In this document: positions 48,092 to 61,312 of the stretch, piece after piece
Layout: the number at the start of each line of letters is the position of its first letter
How positions within the stretch are numbered: the first letter of the stretch is position 1
Assembly: GCF_963921235.1 (NCBI RefSeq)
Contig: NC_086097.1
Coordinates: 48,982,001-49,046,000, forward strand
Origin: Mobula hypostoma
Taxonomy: Eukaryota
Direction: 5' to 3'
DNA length: 64,000 bases
Notes under the pieces: generated by a model
The model's input: the letters and a program-made list of their open reading frames with translations, nothing else
Told to the model about the DNA's origin: nothing
Databases searched by the model: none
Position numbers and translations under genes: made by a program

Positions 48092-49819
48092 TTAGCACGA
48101 AGAGAAACCAATCAGGATGCTCATTCTCCCTTTCCTTCTCCCTCTCAAAAAAATCTATTTCCGGGATATCGTATATAATTTCCGGGCGTCAGGGAGCCAT
48201 ATGCGGGAGACTCCTGGAACTTCCGGGAGAGGGGTTTCGTAGAATAGTACAGCACATTACAGGCCTTTCGGCCCACAATGTTGTGCCGACCCTCAAACCC
48301 TGCCTCCCATTTAACCCCCCACCTTAAATTCCTCCAGAGGTGGGATGTCTGCAAGTACAGGCAGCTGAGAACAAATGAGGTATAAGAAATGCAAGAGAAC
48401 AATTAAGAGGGAAATCAGGAGGGCTAAAAGAAGGCATGAGGTTGCTCTGGTGGACAAGGTGAAGGAGAATTCCAAGGGCCTCTACAATTATGTACATTAA
48501 GAGCAAAAGGATAGCAAAGGACAACATTGGTCCACTGGAAGGTCGGAGTGGTCATCTATGCATGGAGCTGAAAAAGGTGGGAGAACTTAAAGAGATATTT
48601 TGCATCTGTATTTTCTTGGGAGACGGATATGGAAGGTGAAAATTGAATGTTGAAGGATGTGTTTTAGTGCTTGTGAGGCCACTGCAATATTGAACCAATA
48701 CTTTAATTCCTATCTTTCTGAAGGATTTGCAGGTTTTGTTAGTCCTCTTGAAGGCCAAGAACTCCCATCAATGTTACAACTGAGACAGACCTGTAACATA
48801 CATATATAGCTCATGACATTAGAAAATTGCCTCCCTATAGTCCATTAGCTTTCGAGGCCAAATGCAGATGTAATATTGTTGGGTTCATGTAGCCCAGCAT
48901 ATCAGGTCCACTTATTAAATGTTCATGCATGATTCAAGTTCAGGAAAACACCTGTCAAATTTAAAAAAATAATAAAAATATTAACTGCAGAAGAAAGTGA
49001 TGCAAGTAGGGATCAAAAATAAACTGATAAAGAGTCAACTGATGTTTCTGAAATTATTTGAGAAATCATCTGCTGGTCATTTATGGAAAGATAATTTTTT
49101 ATTGCATCTGATGCTGGCTTCGTAGAGAAGTATTGCATATATCTTGAATTAGATTAGATTTACCCTGGAAGTTATGTGATGTAATGTAACATTGATAGTA
49201 CTGAAGCTACCTCAGTGGTGTTACTGCCATGTAAAAGAGAGTTTTACAGGACCTCAATGCAAGAGATAAAATATCACAAGCAATCTAGAAGCCCTGAGTG
49301 CTGATAGCAATCTAAAGTTTAACACGTACACATCAGAAAATTATTCCTTTGGTAAGTCTACTTCTTGGAATTAAGCAGCAGCAATATTTCTAATCAATGT
49401 AAAGAAAAGTATATGATCTTGTACCAATGTACTTAGTAACTCTTAAATTGCAATAACATCGCCATTTCAGTTTTATACATTAATTTTCTGAACACTGATG
49501 CACAAATTTATCCATTTAAATGACATTTTTCATTTTAAAATTATGATTGTTTTCTAGGTCAAATTTTGCATTGGTGAGGAATGTATTCCATCGTCTGAAA
49601 ACATCTGACAACAACAGCTCTATAAACTAACCATAAGAGCAAAGCTTGTTCTATGTCCAATGATAACAGGTAATTTAGATTTGAGTGTTATTTGTGACAG
49701 TTCACTGAAAGTAAAAAGATGATGTTCTGGGACATGTCCCAAAGTTATTTTTCTGTAGGATATATTTTAGAGCAAGGTCTCACAATATTAACCTGGGCAA
49801 GTCAATACAACTTATTTTA

Positions 49820-50422
49820 AAACGCAAACACGTGGAAATCTGCAGATGCTGGAAATTCAAGCAACACACACGAAATGCTGGTGGAACGCAGCAGGCCAGG
49901 CAGCATCTCTAGGAAGAGGTACAGTCAACGTTTTGGGCCGAGACTCTTCGTCAGGACTAACTGAAAGAAGAGATAGTCAGAGATTTGAAAGTGGGAGGGG
50001 GAGGGGGAGGGGCAGTGACCTCTCTAACATCAGCTAATGCCCCTCCTCCCCTTCTTATCCAATCCCTTATTTATTTATTTTCCCCCCTTTCTTTCTCTTT
50101 TTCCTCCCTCTGTCCTTCTCACTACATGTTCCTCTGGTGCTCCCCTCCCCCTTTTTCTGCCCCTAGGTGCCCACCCCATGATCCTCTCCCTTCTCCAGCC
50201 TTGTATCCCTTTTGCCCATCATCTTTCCAGCTCTTAGCTCCATCCCTCCCCCTCCTGTCTTCTCCTATCATTTCAGATTTCCCCCTCCCACTTTCAAATC
50301 TCCGACTATCTCTTCTTTCAGTTAGTCCTAACAAAGGGTCTCCGCCCGAAACTTCAACTGTACCTCTTCCTATAAATGCTGCCTGGCCTGCTGCGTTCCA
50401 CCAGTATTTTGTGTGTGTTGCT
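49820..50422. mobile_element. Penelope-like element, inverted pair of terminal repeats
   Basis: 49820-50007 (minus) and ~50020-50422 (plus) are partial reverse complements of each other. Both hammerhead motifs carry core mutations. Confidence 0.85.
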
Positions 50423-50524
50423 CAAAATAAATTATTCTGTTTTTGTAAAGACCATGAGTAATGCATTTGGATTTTGCCTGCACCTTTAAGCATGCTACTT
50501 CCTAAAGAAGATTGGCAGGCATTG

Positions 50525-53500
50525 GAGACCACAAGACCATATGTCACAGGAGCAGAATTAGGCCACTCACCCCATTGAGTCTGCTCCACATTCCATCATG
50601 GCAGATCCATTCTCCTGCCTCCTTCCCATTACCTTTGACATCCTGACTAACCAAGAAACTATCAACCTCTGCTTTAATCTGAAACAATCAGCCTCCACTT
50701 TAAATATATTCAATGATTTGGCCTCCACCGATTCACCACACTTTGACTGAAGAAATTCCTTCTCATTCCTGTTCCAGCTGGACACTCCTCTATTCTGAGG
50801 CTGTGTCCTCTGGTTCTAATCTCACCCCCTATAGGAATCATCCTCTCCACACCAACTCTGTCTAGGCCTTTCAATATTCAATAGGTTCCAAAGAGATCCT
50901 CCCCTCATTCTTCTAAACTCCAGCGAGTACAGGCCCAGAGCAATCAAATGCTCCTCATATGTTAACCCTTTCACTCCCATGATCATTCTTATAAACCTCC
51001 TCTGGATCCTCTCCAATGCCAGCACATCCTTCTGTAGAAAAGGAGCCCGAAGCTGTGCACAATACTCCGAGTGCGGTCTGACTAATGCTTTATACAATCT
51101 CAGTATTGCATCCTTGCTGTTATATTCTAGTCCTCTTGAAATGAATGCTACCATTGCAGTTGCCTTCCTCACACTGACTCAACGTTCAAGTGTGTGAAGG
51201 GAATCCTGCACAAGGGCTCCCCCTGCGCCTTTTCACCTCTGATTTTTGAATTTTCTCCAAGTTTAGAAAATAGTCTATGCTTTTATTCCTTCCAACAAGG
51301 CCTCGGTAATTCCTCAATAGTAACTGCCTCTCCACCAATCTTTGTATCATCTGCAAACTTGGTCACAAAGCCATCATTTCATCATCCAAATCATTGTCAT
51401 ATAATGTTAAAAGAAGCCGTCTCGATACTGACCCCTGCAGAACACCACTTGTCACTGCCTGCCAACCAGAACAGGCCCTCTTTACTCTGACACTTTGCTT
51501 CCTGACAATCAGCCAATCCTCTATCCATGCTTGTATCTTTCTTGTAATACCATGGCCTCTTATCTTTTTAAGCAGCCTCATGTGTGGTACCTTGTCAAAG
51601 GTCATCTTAGAATCCAACATCCACAGTTTCTCATTTTGTCTATCCTGCCTGCTATTAAAGAATTCCAACAGATTAGTCAAGCGAGATTTCCCCATAAGAA
51701 ACCATGCTGGCTTTGGCCTACTTTATCTTGTGCTTCCAAGTACCCTGAAACCTCATCCTTCATAATGGACTCCAAAATCTTCCCAACCAATGAAGTCAGG
51801 CTAACTGGCCTATAATTTCCTTTCTTCTGCCTGTCTCCCTTCTTAAAGGCGGGAGTGACATTTACAATTTTCCAGTCCTCCAAAACCATTCCAGAATCTA
51901 GCAATCCTTGAAAGATCATTACTAATCCCTCCACAATCTCTTCAGCTATCTCTTTCAGGAACACTGGGATGTAGTCTGTCTGATCCAGGTGGCTTAGCTA
52001 CTTTCAGACTTTTCAGCTTCCTAGACACCCTCTCCTTAGTAAAAGCAACTACACTCACTTCTGTCCCCTGACACTCTCTGGCATTCTGGCAGTGTCTTCC
52101 ACAGTTAAGACTGACGGAAAATACTTCAAACCTCAAAGTTCAAATTCAAAGTAAATTTATTATTAGAGTACATACATGTCACCACAAACCTCTCTGAGAT
52201 TCTTTTTCTGTGGGCATGCATAGCAGCAAGTAACTGTATACAGGATCTGTAAACTGTATATATCAGGAACTGTGAACTGAAAACAAAGCATGCAAAAGCA
52301 GATAATAAATAAATAGCAATAAATAACAACGTAACAGAGTCCTTAGATGAATGTAGTTATCCTCCTTTGTTCAAGAGCCTGATGGTTGAGGGGTAGTAAC
52401 TATTCCTGAACCTGGAGATGTGAGTCCTGAGGCACCTGTACTTTCTACCTGATGGCAGCAATGAGAAAAGAGCATGGCCTGGTTAGTGAGGATCTTTGAT
52501 GATGGATGCTGCTTTTCTCCAGCAACATTTTGTGTAGTTGTGCTCAATGGTTCAGGGCTTTACTGGTGATGTACTGGGCTGAATTCACAACCTTTTATAG
52601 GATTCCCCTCTCAAAGTCATTGGTGTTCCCACCCCAGGCCGTAATGCAGTTCACCATTTCCTTGTCCCCCATTACTACCTCTCCAGCGTCATTTTCCAGC
52701 GGTCCCATATCTACTCTCGCCTCTCCTTTACTCTTCATATATCTCAAAAATGTTTGCTATCCCCTTTGATATTTTTGGCTAGCCTACCTTCATATTTAAT
52801 CTTTTCTCTCCTTATGGTTTTCTTAGTTGCCTTCTGTTGGTTTTTAAAATCTTCCCAATCCTCCAACTTCCCATTATGTTTTGCTATATTATATGCTGTC
52901 TTTTGCTTTTATGCTGTCCTTGATTTCCACTGTCAGTGATGGTTGCCTCATCCTTCCATTATAATAATACTTCATCTTTAGGATGTATCTATCCCGCACC
53001 TTCCAAATTGCCCCCAGGAATTCCAGCCATTGCTGTTGTGCCATCATCAATGCTAGTGTCCCTTTCCAATCACTTTGGCCAGTTTCTCCCTTACGCCTCT
53101 ATAATTCCCTTTACTCCACTATAATACTGATACATCTGACTTTATCTTCTCCATCTCAAACTATAGGATGAATTCTATCACATTATGATCACTGCCTCCC
53201 AAGGGTTCATTTATCTTAAGCACACCACACTTATCAAATCTGGTTCAGTACACAACATCCACTCAGAATTCCCTTTCCGCTAGTGGGCTCAACCACAAGC
53301 TGCTCTAAAAGCCATGTTGTAGGCATTCTACAAACTCCCTCTTTGAGATCCCACACCAATCAGATTTTCCCAATCTACCTGCATATTGAAATCCCCGATG
53401 ACTATTGTCGCATTGCCCTTATTACGTGGATTTTCTATTACCCATTGAAATCCATATCCCACATCCTGGCTACTGTTTGGAGACCTGCATATAACTCTGA

Positions 53501-53670
53501 TAGGGTTTCTTTACCCTTGCAGTCTCTTAATTCTACCCACAAAGATTCTATATCTTCTGCTCGTATGTCACCTCTTTCTAAGGATTATGATTTCATTTAT
53601 TTTTACCAACATACTCACCACACCCCCTCTGCCTACCCCACTGTCCTTTCAATCTTTCAATACAAGTTGT
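50525..53670 (-). mobile_element. Degenerate CR1 ORF2 (APE to 3' end), with a Rex1-like 3' fragment inserted at ~52125-52650
   Basis: ORFs 50822-51172, 51363-51695 and 51677-51964 carry RT motifs (GNYRPVSLTSLVGKILE, FDKVPHMRL, LYKALVRPHSEYC). Confidence 0.9.
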
Positions 53671-56262
53671 ATCCTTTGTAGGTGAAGTTAAAAAATTGCA
53701 AGGATAAAAAACACATTATGGGAATCATATATAGGCCTCCAAATCGTTGCCAAGATGTAGGGTTGAGATTGCAAAGGGAGCTGGAAAAGGCATATAATAA
53801 GGGTAGCGACACACTTGTAATGAGGGACTTCAATATGCAAAGGGATTGGGAAAATCTGGTTGCGGTCAGATCACAAGAGAGGGAATTGACTGAATGCCTA
53901 CGAGATGCCTTTTTAGAGCAGCTTGCGTTTGAGCCAATCTTAGATTGGGTGTTGTGTAATAACCCAGATCTTATTAGGGAGCTTAACGTAAAGGTACCCT
54001 TAGGAGGCAGTGATCATAATATGATTGAACTCATACTCAGTTTGAGAGGGAGAAACATACCTGGAGGCATATGACAAGATAGGCAGAACTCAGCATGGAT
54101 TCCTTAAAGGAAAATCCTGCCTGACAAACCTATTACAATTTTTTGAGGAAATTACCAGTAGGCTAGACAAGGGAGATGCAGTGGATGTTGTATATTTGGA
54201 TTTTCAGAAGGCCTTTGACAAGGTGCCACACATGAGGCTACTTAACAAGATAAAAGCCCATGGAATTACAGGAAAGTTACATACGTGGATAGAGTGTTGG
54301 CTGATTGGCAGGAAACAGAAAGTGGGAATAAAGGGATCCTATTCTGGTTGGCTGCCGGTTACCAGTGGTGTTCCACAGGGATCAGTGTTGGGGCCGCTTC
54401 TTTTTACATTGTACATCAACGATTTGGATTATGGAATAGATGGCTTTGTGGCTAAGTTTGCTGACGATACGAAGATAGGTGGAGGGGCCGGTAGTGCTGA
54501 GGAAACGGAGAGTCTGCAGAGAGACTTGGATAGATTGGAAGAATGGGCAAAGAAGTGGCTAATGAAGTACAATGTTGGAAAGTGTATGGTTATGCACTTT
54601 GGCAGAAAAAATAAACGGGCAGACTATTATTTAAATGGGGAAAGAATTCAAAGTTCTGAGATGCAACGGGACTTGGGAGTCCTCGTACAGGATTCCCTTA
54701 AAGTTAACCTCCAGGTTGAGTCAGTAGTGAAGAAGGCGAATGCAATGTTGGCATTCATTTCTAGAAGAATAGAGTATAGGAGCAGGGATGTGGCGTTGAG
54801 GCTCTATAAGGCGCTGGTGGGACCTCACTTGGAGTACTGTGGGCAGTTTTGGTCTCCTTATTTAAGAAAGCATGTGCTGACGTTGGAGAAGGTACAGAGA
54901 AGATTCACTAGAATGATTCCGGGAATGAGAGGGTTAACGTATGAGGAACGTTTGTCCACTCTTGGACTGTATTCCTTGGAGTTTAGAAGAATGAGGGGAG
55001 ACCTCATAGAAACATTTCCAATGTTAAAAGGCATGGACAGAGTGGATGTGGCAAAGTTGTTTCCCATGATGGGGGAGACTAGTACGAGAGGGCATGACTT
55101 CAGGATTGAAGGGCGCCCTTTCAGAACAGAAATGCGAAGAAATTTTTTTAGTCAGAGGGTGGTGAATCCATGGAATTTGTTGCCACGGGCAGCAGTGGAG
55201 GCCAAGTCATTGGGTGTATTTAAGGCAGAGATTGATAGGTATCTGAGTAGCCAGGGCATCAAAGGTTATGGTGAGAAGGCGGGGCAGTGGGACTAAATAG
55301 GATAAAATGGATCAGCTCATGATAAAATGGCGAAGCAGACTCGATGGGCCGAATGGCCTACTTCTGCTCCTTTGTCTTATGGTCTTATGGTCTTATAACC
55401 CATATGTATCAGTATTGCAATGGAATAAAGGGAATTACAGAGGCATGAAAGACGAGTTTACCCAGGTGGATAGGAGCAGGATACTGACAGGGATGATGAC
55501 AGAGCAGAGATGGCTGAAGTTTTTAGGAATAACTCACAAGATGCAGGATTGCTATCTCCCACAGAGGAAGAAGTTCTCAGATGGCAGGGGTAGGCAACCT
55601 TGGCTGACAAAGAAAGTCAAGGATTGCATAAAAGCCAAGGAAAGGGCATGTAAGATAGCAAAAGTGAGTGGGAAGCTGGATGATTGGGAAGCTTTTAGAA
55701 TCCAACAAAAGACAACTAAAAAAACTATAAGAAGGGAAAAGATTAAATATGAGGGCAGTAGTATAAAGCAGGATCCAGAAGTTCTTTTCAGTTATATAAA
55801 GAGTAAAAGGGAGGTGAGAGTTGATAACGGAAAATGATGCTGGTGAGATAGTAATCGGGGACAAAGAAATGGCAAATAAACTTAATGGGTGCTTTGCATC
55901 AGTCTTCACTGTGGAAGATACTAGCAGTGTGCCAGAGGTCCATGAGTGTCAGAGAGTAGGAGTGAGTGCCATTGTTATTACAAAGAAAAAAATGCCAGGC
56001 AAACTCAAAGGTTTTAAGATGAATAAGTCACCTGGGCCAGATGGACTGCATCCCAGAATCCTGAGAGAGGTTGCTGAAGAGATAACGGATGCATTGGTCA
56101 TAATCTTTCAAGAATCACTTGATTCTGGCATGGTCCCGGAGGACTGGAAGGTTGCAAATGTCACTCCACTCTTTAAGAAGGGACAGAAGCAAAAGAAAAG
56201 AAATTATGGGTCAGTTAGCCTAACCTCAGTGATTGGGAAAGTGTTGGAGTCTATTATTAAGC
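53671..56262 (+). mobile_element. CR1 ORF2 (APE to RT start), interrupted by a younger CR1
   Basis: MGIIYRPPN..RDFN..ILDWVLCN..LGGSDHNMI; QPWLTKKVK; KSPGPDGLHPRILREVAEEI..DWKVANVTPLFKKG. Confidence 0.9.
54058..55395 (+). mobile_element. Young 5'-truncated CR1 with an open 371-aa RT ORF
   Basis: ORF 54181-55296: DVVYLDFQKAFDKVPH..SGVPQGSVLGPLLF..KFADDTK..FFSQRVVN; (ggtcttat)n tail. Confidence 0.95.
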
Positions 56263-57619
56263 ATATATTCAAAAAGGAACAGAAAATAAAAATCATACAA
56301 ATAAGCTCATTTAACAAATCTAAAAATGGTAGCAGCTACCTTGATCCTTTGCGATTCTCCTATACTGAAATGAGTGGAAGTGCTCCAAGGCAAATGGCGA
56401 ATGGAAGATTTGGTAGCTCAGTTTTCACATATGTGAATCATGAACCTCCTGACACTAAAAGTTCGGGAGAAGTAATGCAGACATTTCCCTGCAAAATCCA
56501 TCACAATGTGGATGCATATAGTAAAGGGTTTTCTTGCCTTTATGGATAAAAAACACTTCACACAGTCTCATAGCAGCATTAAGTGGATTGAACAAATTAG
56601 TTAATTAGACTTCATAAGGCCCTGTAAGTAATGAGCTAAGCTAATATTTTCAGTTCTGCAGTTTTTGTTTTATTGTTTTAGGAAGTACTTGTCAGTAAAG
56701 ACTGGGCCACTATTGAAAGGAAGGTTTGAGCTCTTGACTTCTGAGTGCAAAGTCATCAACAAAACAGGTAATATTGTTTCCCTTACTGCATATCTGCAAA
56801 TGTTATTAATCTAATGTATTTTCTGGATTGTAATGAAAAGCCATTGAATCCTAGCTAGAAACTGCTCTGACTTTGTACTTTCTATGTGTATTTTTGCACT
56901 TGATGTGTTTCTCAATTTAATTTTGCCTTATGTTTATCATGACTATTCATTTGTTTTTTTAAATCCTTTTATGTTTTTGTTACTTCTGTGATATATACTT
57001 TTTCTTTAAAAATATGATACACTAACAAGAAATCTAATGTTTTGCAAATTGACTTTTATCCCTGAGCAGTAATTCTTTGAATCTTGTTCTCTTTCTTCCC
57101 TCCACTGAAGGTGTGGTTGCCTCAATCCATTAGATCCCCAATTGTTAATGGTTTCATCTTCTACGGTGGCTTCTCACCAGCCACCCTGCCACTTCAAACA
57201 AAATCGCCCAGGTATGCACAGGCTCTTTCTTTCTTCTGTTGATCCACAAAACCAGCTGTCCTTGTTGATTCATGAATTTAAATCTATTTTTCTCATTTCA
57301 CTTTTTCTTTTCATACTTTACTGTCTTTTCTCAGATTAATTGCCATCCTTTAATGCCATCTGGTGCTAAATTTTCCGTTTCCTGAAACAGTCCTTAAAAA
57401 CTATCTGCTCTGAGACCTACTTGTATGATCTCTGGTCGAAGTAGTCTTTAGACACCATCCACATCCACCAGGTTGAACTTGCTCGCACCTTAAACAAACT
57501 TGCCGTTGACCTCACTCACAAAAAACATGATTGCGAAGCCAGTGCGTGGTTTTCATATTATATTGGAGTATCTTTGCTCCAGCCCTGTTCAGCTTCCATT
57601 TCTCACTCATTCGAGCTAA

Positions 57620-58360
57620 TATTATGGCAGGAAGCTACAGCCCAGATAGCTAAAAATACACAAAACAATTATAAAGGACAATTGGAAAATACCAACAGGA
57701 TTAGACATAGTCAATGCAGACTTCCGGAAAGGAAAACATGCTTGACAATTGCATTGAGTATGTTGCTGAAGGAATAGGAAAATGAAAACCACTGACTGTA
57801 AGACTATAAGACTGGGGGTTGTGTATGTAGATTTTGCCTTTGACAAAATTCCACAAAGAAGATTAGTGTGTAAAGTTAAAGCACATGGGATTGTGGATAA
57901 TGTATTGGTATGCATTGAAAGTTTATTTTGGTTGACAGGAAACGAAGACTGGACATAAATGGATCCTTTTCAGGGTGACTGGTCGATATGATAGTGGGGC
58001 TTGTTATATATAATGGTTTGAATAAGGGAATTAAATAATATTTCTAAATTGGCTGTTTACACTAAAGAGATGGGATTGTAAATTGTGAGGAAGGTGCAAA
58101 GAATCAAGGTGACTCAGAATGAGCAGGTAGACAAAACATAGGAAATGAGTTAAATGTGGATTAATGTGAAGATTTTTTTTACGTTCGTGGAAAAACAGAA
58201 GCAATAAATTATTTAAATGCCATTAGATTGAGATGTGATGTACAAAGAGAATGAGGTGATTTTTGAATACCTGTTACGTGCTAATTGTGAGATTCTGCAG
58301 GTTTTGGATTGTCTTCACGGTAAGATAATTTGAGTGAAGGAACAAGAACCTCTTGCTACA
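57620..58360 (+). mobile_element. Old CR1 RT fragment (apparently continues at ~60900-61310)
   Basis: gttgtgtatgtagatttt..gcctttgacaaaattccaca..gcacatggga; resumes after the Rex1-like element. Confidence 0.6.
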
Positions 58361-58371
58361 ATTATACAATT

Positions 58372-60897
58372 ATAATATATCGGTGTTGCCCCAATTCTGC
58401 TTACCAGATCTGGAATATCTCACAGTTAAGTGCTTTCCATTTTACCTACCATGGGAGATTTCCGTGATCATTTTGGTAATGGTATACAATCCACCTCAAG
58501 CCAATGTCAATCAGGCTTTACATGATCTGAGCAATGGGATCAACATGCATAAAACAGTATACCCTAATGTCTTCACCAACATTTTGGGGGATTTTAACCA
58601 GGCCAGTCTGAAAACAAAAATCACTAAACGATTACCATCAACAAATCACTTGCAATACCGGCGGAAACAACACGTTGGACCATTGTTACACCACCATCAG
58701 GAATGCCTACCGTGCTATTCCACGCCCTCACTTTGGGAAGTCTGATCACTTGGCTGTACTTCTACTCCCTGAGAATAGGTAGAGACTGAAGACTGCAGCA
58801 CCAACAGTGAGGACCAAGAAGGTATGCACAAGGGAAGCACAGGAGTGCTTACAGGACTGTATTCAGGGATTCATGTTCGAATCTGGATGAGTGTGCTGCA
58901 ATTGTTACCAACTTCATTAAAACCTGTGTGGATGAGACTGTGCCTACAAAGATATGCTGTACATTCCCAAACCAAAAGCCGTGCATGAACCAGGAGGTAT
59001 GTCATCTGCTGAAGGCTAGGTTTATGGCATTCAAGTCTGGCGACCCAGGTCTGTACCAGAAAACTAGGACTTGCAGAGTGCTATTTCAAGGGCAAAGAGA
59101 CAATTTCGAATGAGGTTGGAGGCGACATCAGATGTACGACAACTCTGGCAGGGTTTGCAAAACATTACTTCCTACAAAGCGAAACCCAATAGCATGAATG
59201 GTAGCAATGCTTCACTACCAGATGAACTCAATGCCTTCCATGCCCGCTTTGAAAGGGAGAACACAACTACAGCTGTGAAGATCCCTGCTGCACCCAGTGA
59301 CCCTGTGATCTCTGTCTTGGAGGCCGATGTTAGGCTGTCTTTAAAGAGGGTGAACCCTCACAAGGCAGAAGGCCCTGACAGATTACATGGTAAGGCTCAG
59401 AAAACTTGTGCCAACCAATTGATGCAAGTATTCAAGGAAATTTTCAACCTCTCACTGCTACAGGCGAAAGTTCCCACTTGCTTCAAAAAGGCAACAATCA
59501 TAACAGTGCCTAAAAAGAATAACGTAAGCTGCCTTAATGACTATCGCCTAGTTGCACTCATATCTGCAGTGATGAAATGCTTTGAGAGGTTGGCCATGAC
59601 TAGACCGAACCCTTGCCTCAGCAAGGACTAGGACCCACTGCAGTCTGCTTATTGCCACAATAGATCAATGGCAGACACAACCTCAATGGCTCTTCACAAG
59701 GCCTTAGACCACCTGGATGACACAAACACCTATGTCAGAATGCTGTTCATCAATTATAAATCAGCATTTAACACCATCATTCCCACAATCCTGATTGATA
59801 TGCTACAGAACCTGGGCCTCTGTATCTCCCTCTGCAATTGGATTATCGACTTCCTAACCAGAAGACAACAATCTGTGCAGATTAGTGATAATATCTCCTC
59901 CTCTCTGACGATCAACACTGGTACACCTCAAGGGTGTGTGCTTAGCCCACTGCTCTACTCTCTCTATACCCATGACTGTGTTGCTAGGCATAGCTCAAAT
60001 AGCATCTACAAATTTGCTGATGATACAACCATTGTTGGTAGGGATCTCAGATGGAGATGAGAGGGTGTACAGGAGCGAGATAAGCCAACTAGTGTCGCAG
60101 CAACAACCTTGTACTCAACATCGGTAAGACAGAAGAGCTGATTGTGGACTTCAGGAAGGGTAAGATGAAGGAACACTTTCCAATCTTCATAGAGGGATCA
60201 GAAGTGAAGAAAGCTGCTGGGTGTCAAGATCTTTGAGGACCTAACCTAGTCCCAACATATTGATGCAGCAATAAAGAAGGCACAACAGCATCTATACTTC
60301 ATTAGGAGTTTGAAGAGATTTGGTATGTCAACAAAAATACTCAAAAACTTCTATAGATATACCATGGAGAGCATTCTGACAGGCTGCATCACTGTCTGGT
60401 ATGTGGTGGGGGGGGGAAGGGGGGATTACTGCACAGGACCGAAAGAAGCTGCAGTCGTAAATTTGGTCGGCTCCATCTTGGGTACTAGCATACAAAGTAC
60501 CCAGATCATCTTCAAGTAACGGTGTCTCAAAAAAGGCAGCATTCATTATTAAGGACCTCCAGCACCCAGGGCATGCCCTTTTCTCACTGTTTCCATCAGG
60601 TAGGAGATACAGAAGCCTGAAGGTACACACTCAGCGATTCAGGAACAGATTCTTCCCCTCTGCTGTCTGATTCCTATATGGTCATTGAACCCATGAACAC
60701 TACCTCACTTGTTTAATATTTCTGATTTTTAGCACAATTTTTAATCTATTCAATATACATATATCATAATTGATTTACTTATTTATATTCTTGTATTGAT
60801 TTATTCTTCTTCAGTATTATGTCTTGCATTGAACTGCTGTTGCTAAGTTAACAAATTTCCCGACACATGCCGGTGATGATAATCTGATTTTGATTCA
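58372..60897 (+). mobile_element. Rex1/Babar-like LINE, 5'-truncated, frameshifted APE-RT
   Basis: [103 protein letters not shown]; (tgatt)-type tail. Confidence 0.92.
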
Positions 60898-61312
60898 GAT
60901 ACTACTTAGTGAGACCACTGTGAGTATTTAATGCAGCTTTGGTCGCCTCCAAGAGGGAATGCAGTAATGGCTCACAGATTGATTCCTGTGATCGCAGCCC
61001 TGCCTTGTGGGGAGAGATTATTGCAACTACGTTTGCCTACATCAGAATGTAGAAGAGGGAGAAGACATCTTCCTGCTCTAAAATGGAACTTACAAAAACT
61101 GACAGGGGCTTGACAGACTGAGTGCTGGAGAGATGTTCCCTGGCTAGGGAGATTTAGAATGAGGGGGTCATCATCTTGGGTTACATGGTAAGAGATTTAT
61201 GACTGAGGTGAAGACAAATATCTTTATGCAGTGGCAAAGTGAACCTCTACAATTTGTTAAGACAGAGCACAAAAGTCACCAGGTCACATAATATATTTAA
61301 GAAAGGAATAGG

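Larger units (their letters stand above)
46376..48351 (-). mobile_element. hAT element (cagacatcccacc TIR family, copy 2) with 6-bp TSD, hosting further insertions
   Basis: Ends match 23919-24485 in reverse; caagta is duplicated at 46370-46375 and 48352-48357; it interrupts a CR1 ORF2 fragment that continues to ~48640. Confidence 0.85.

Noticed and set aside
42728..55296. Long RT ORFs (42728-43774, 54181-55296) as host or domesticated genes
   Set aside because: Both are 5'-truncated CR1 ORF2 ends with typical 3' UTRs and microsatellite tails; their openness reflects young age.
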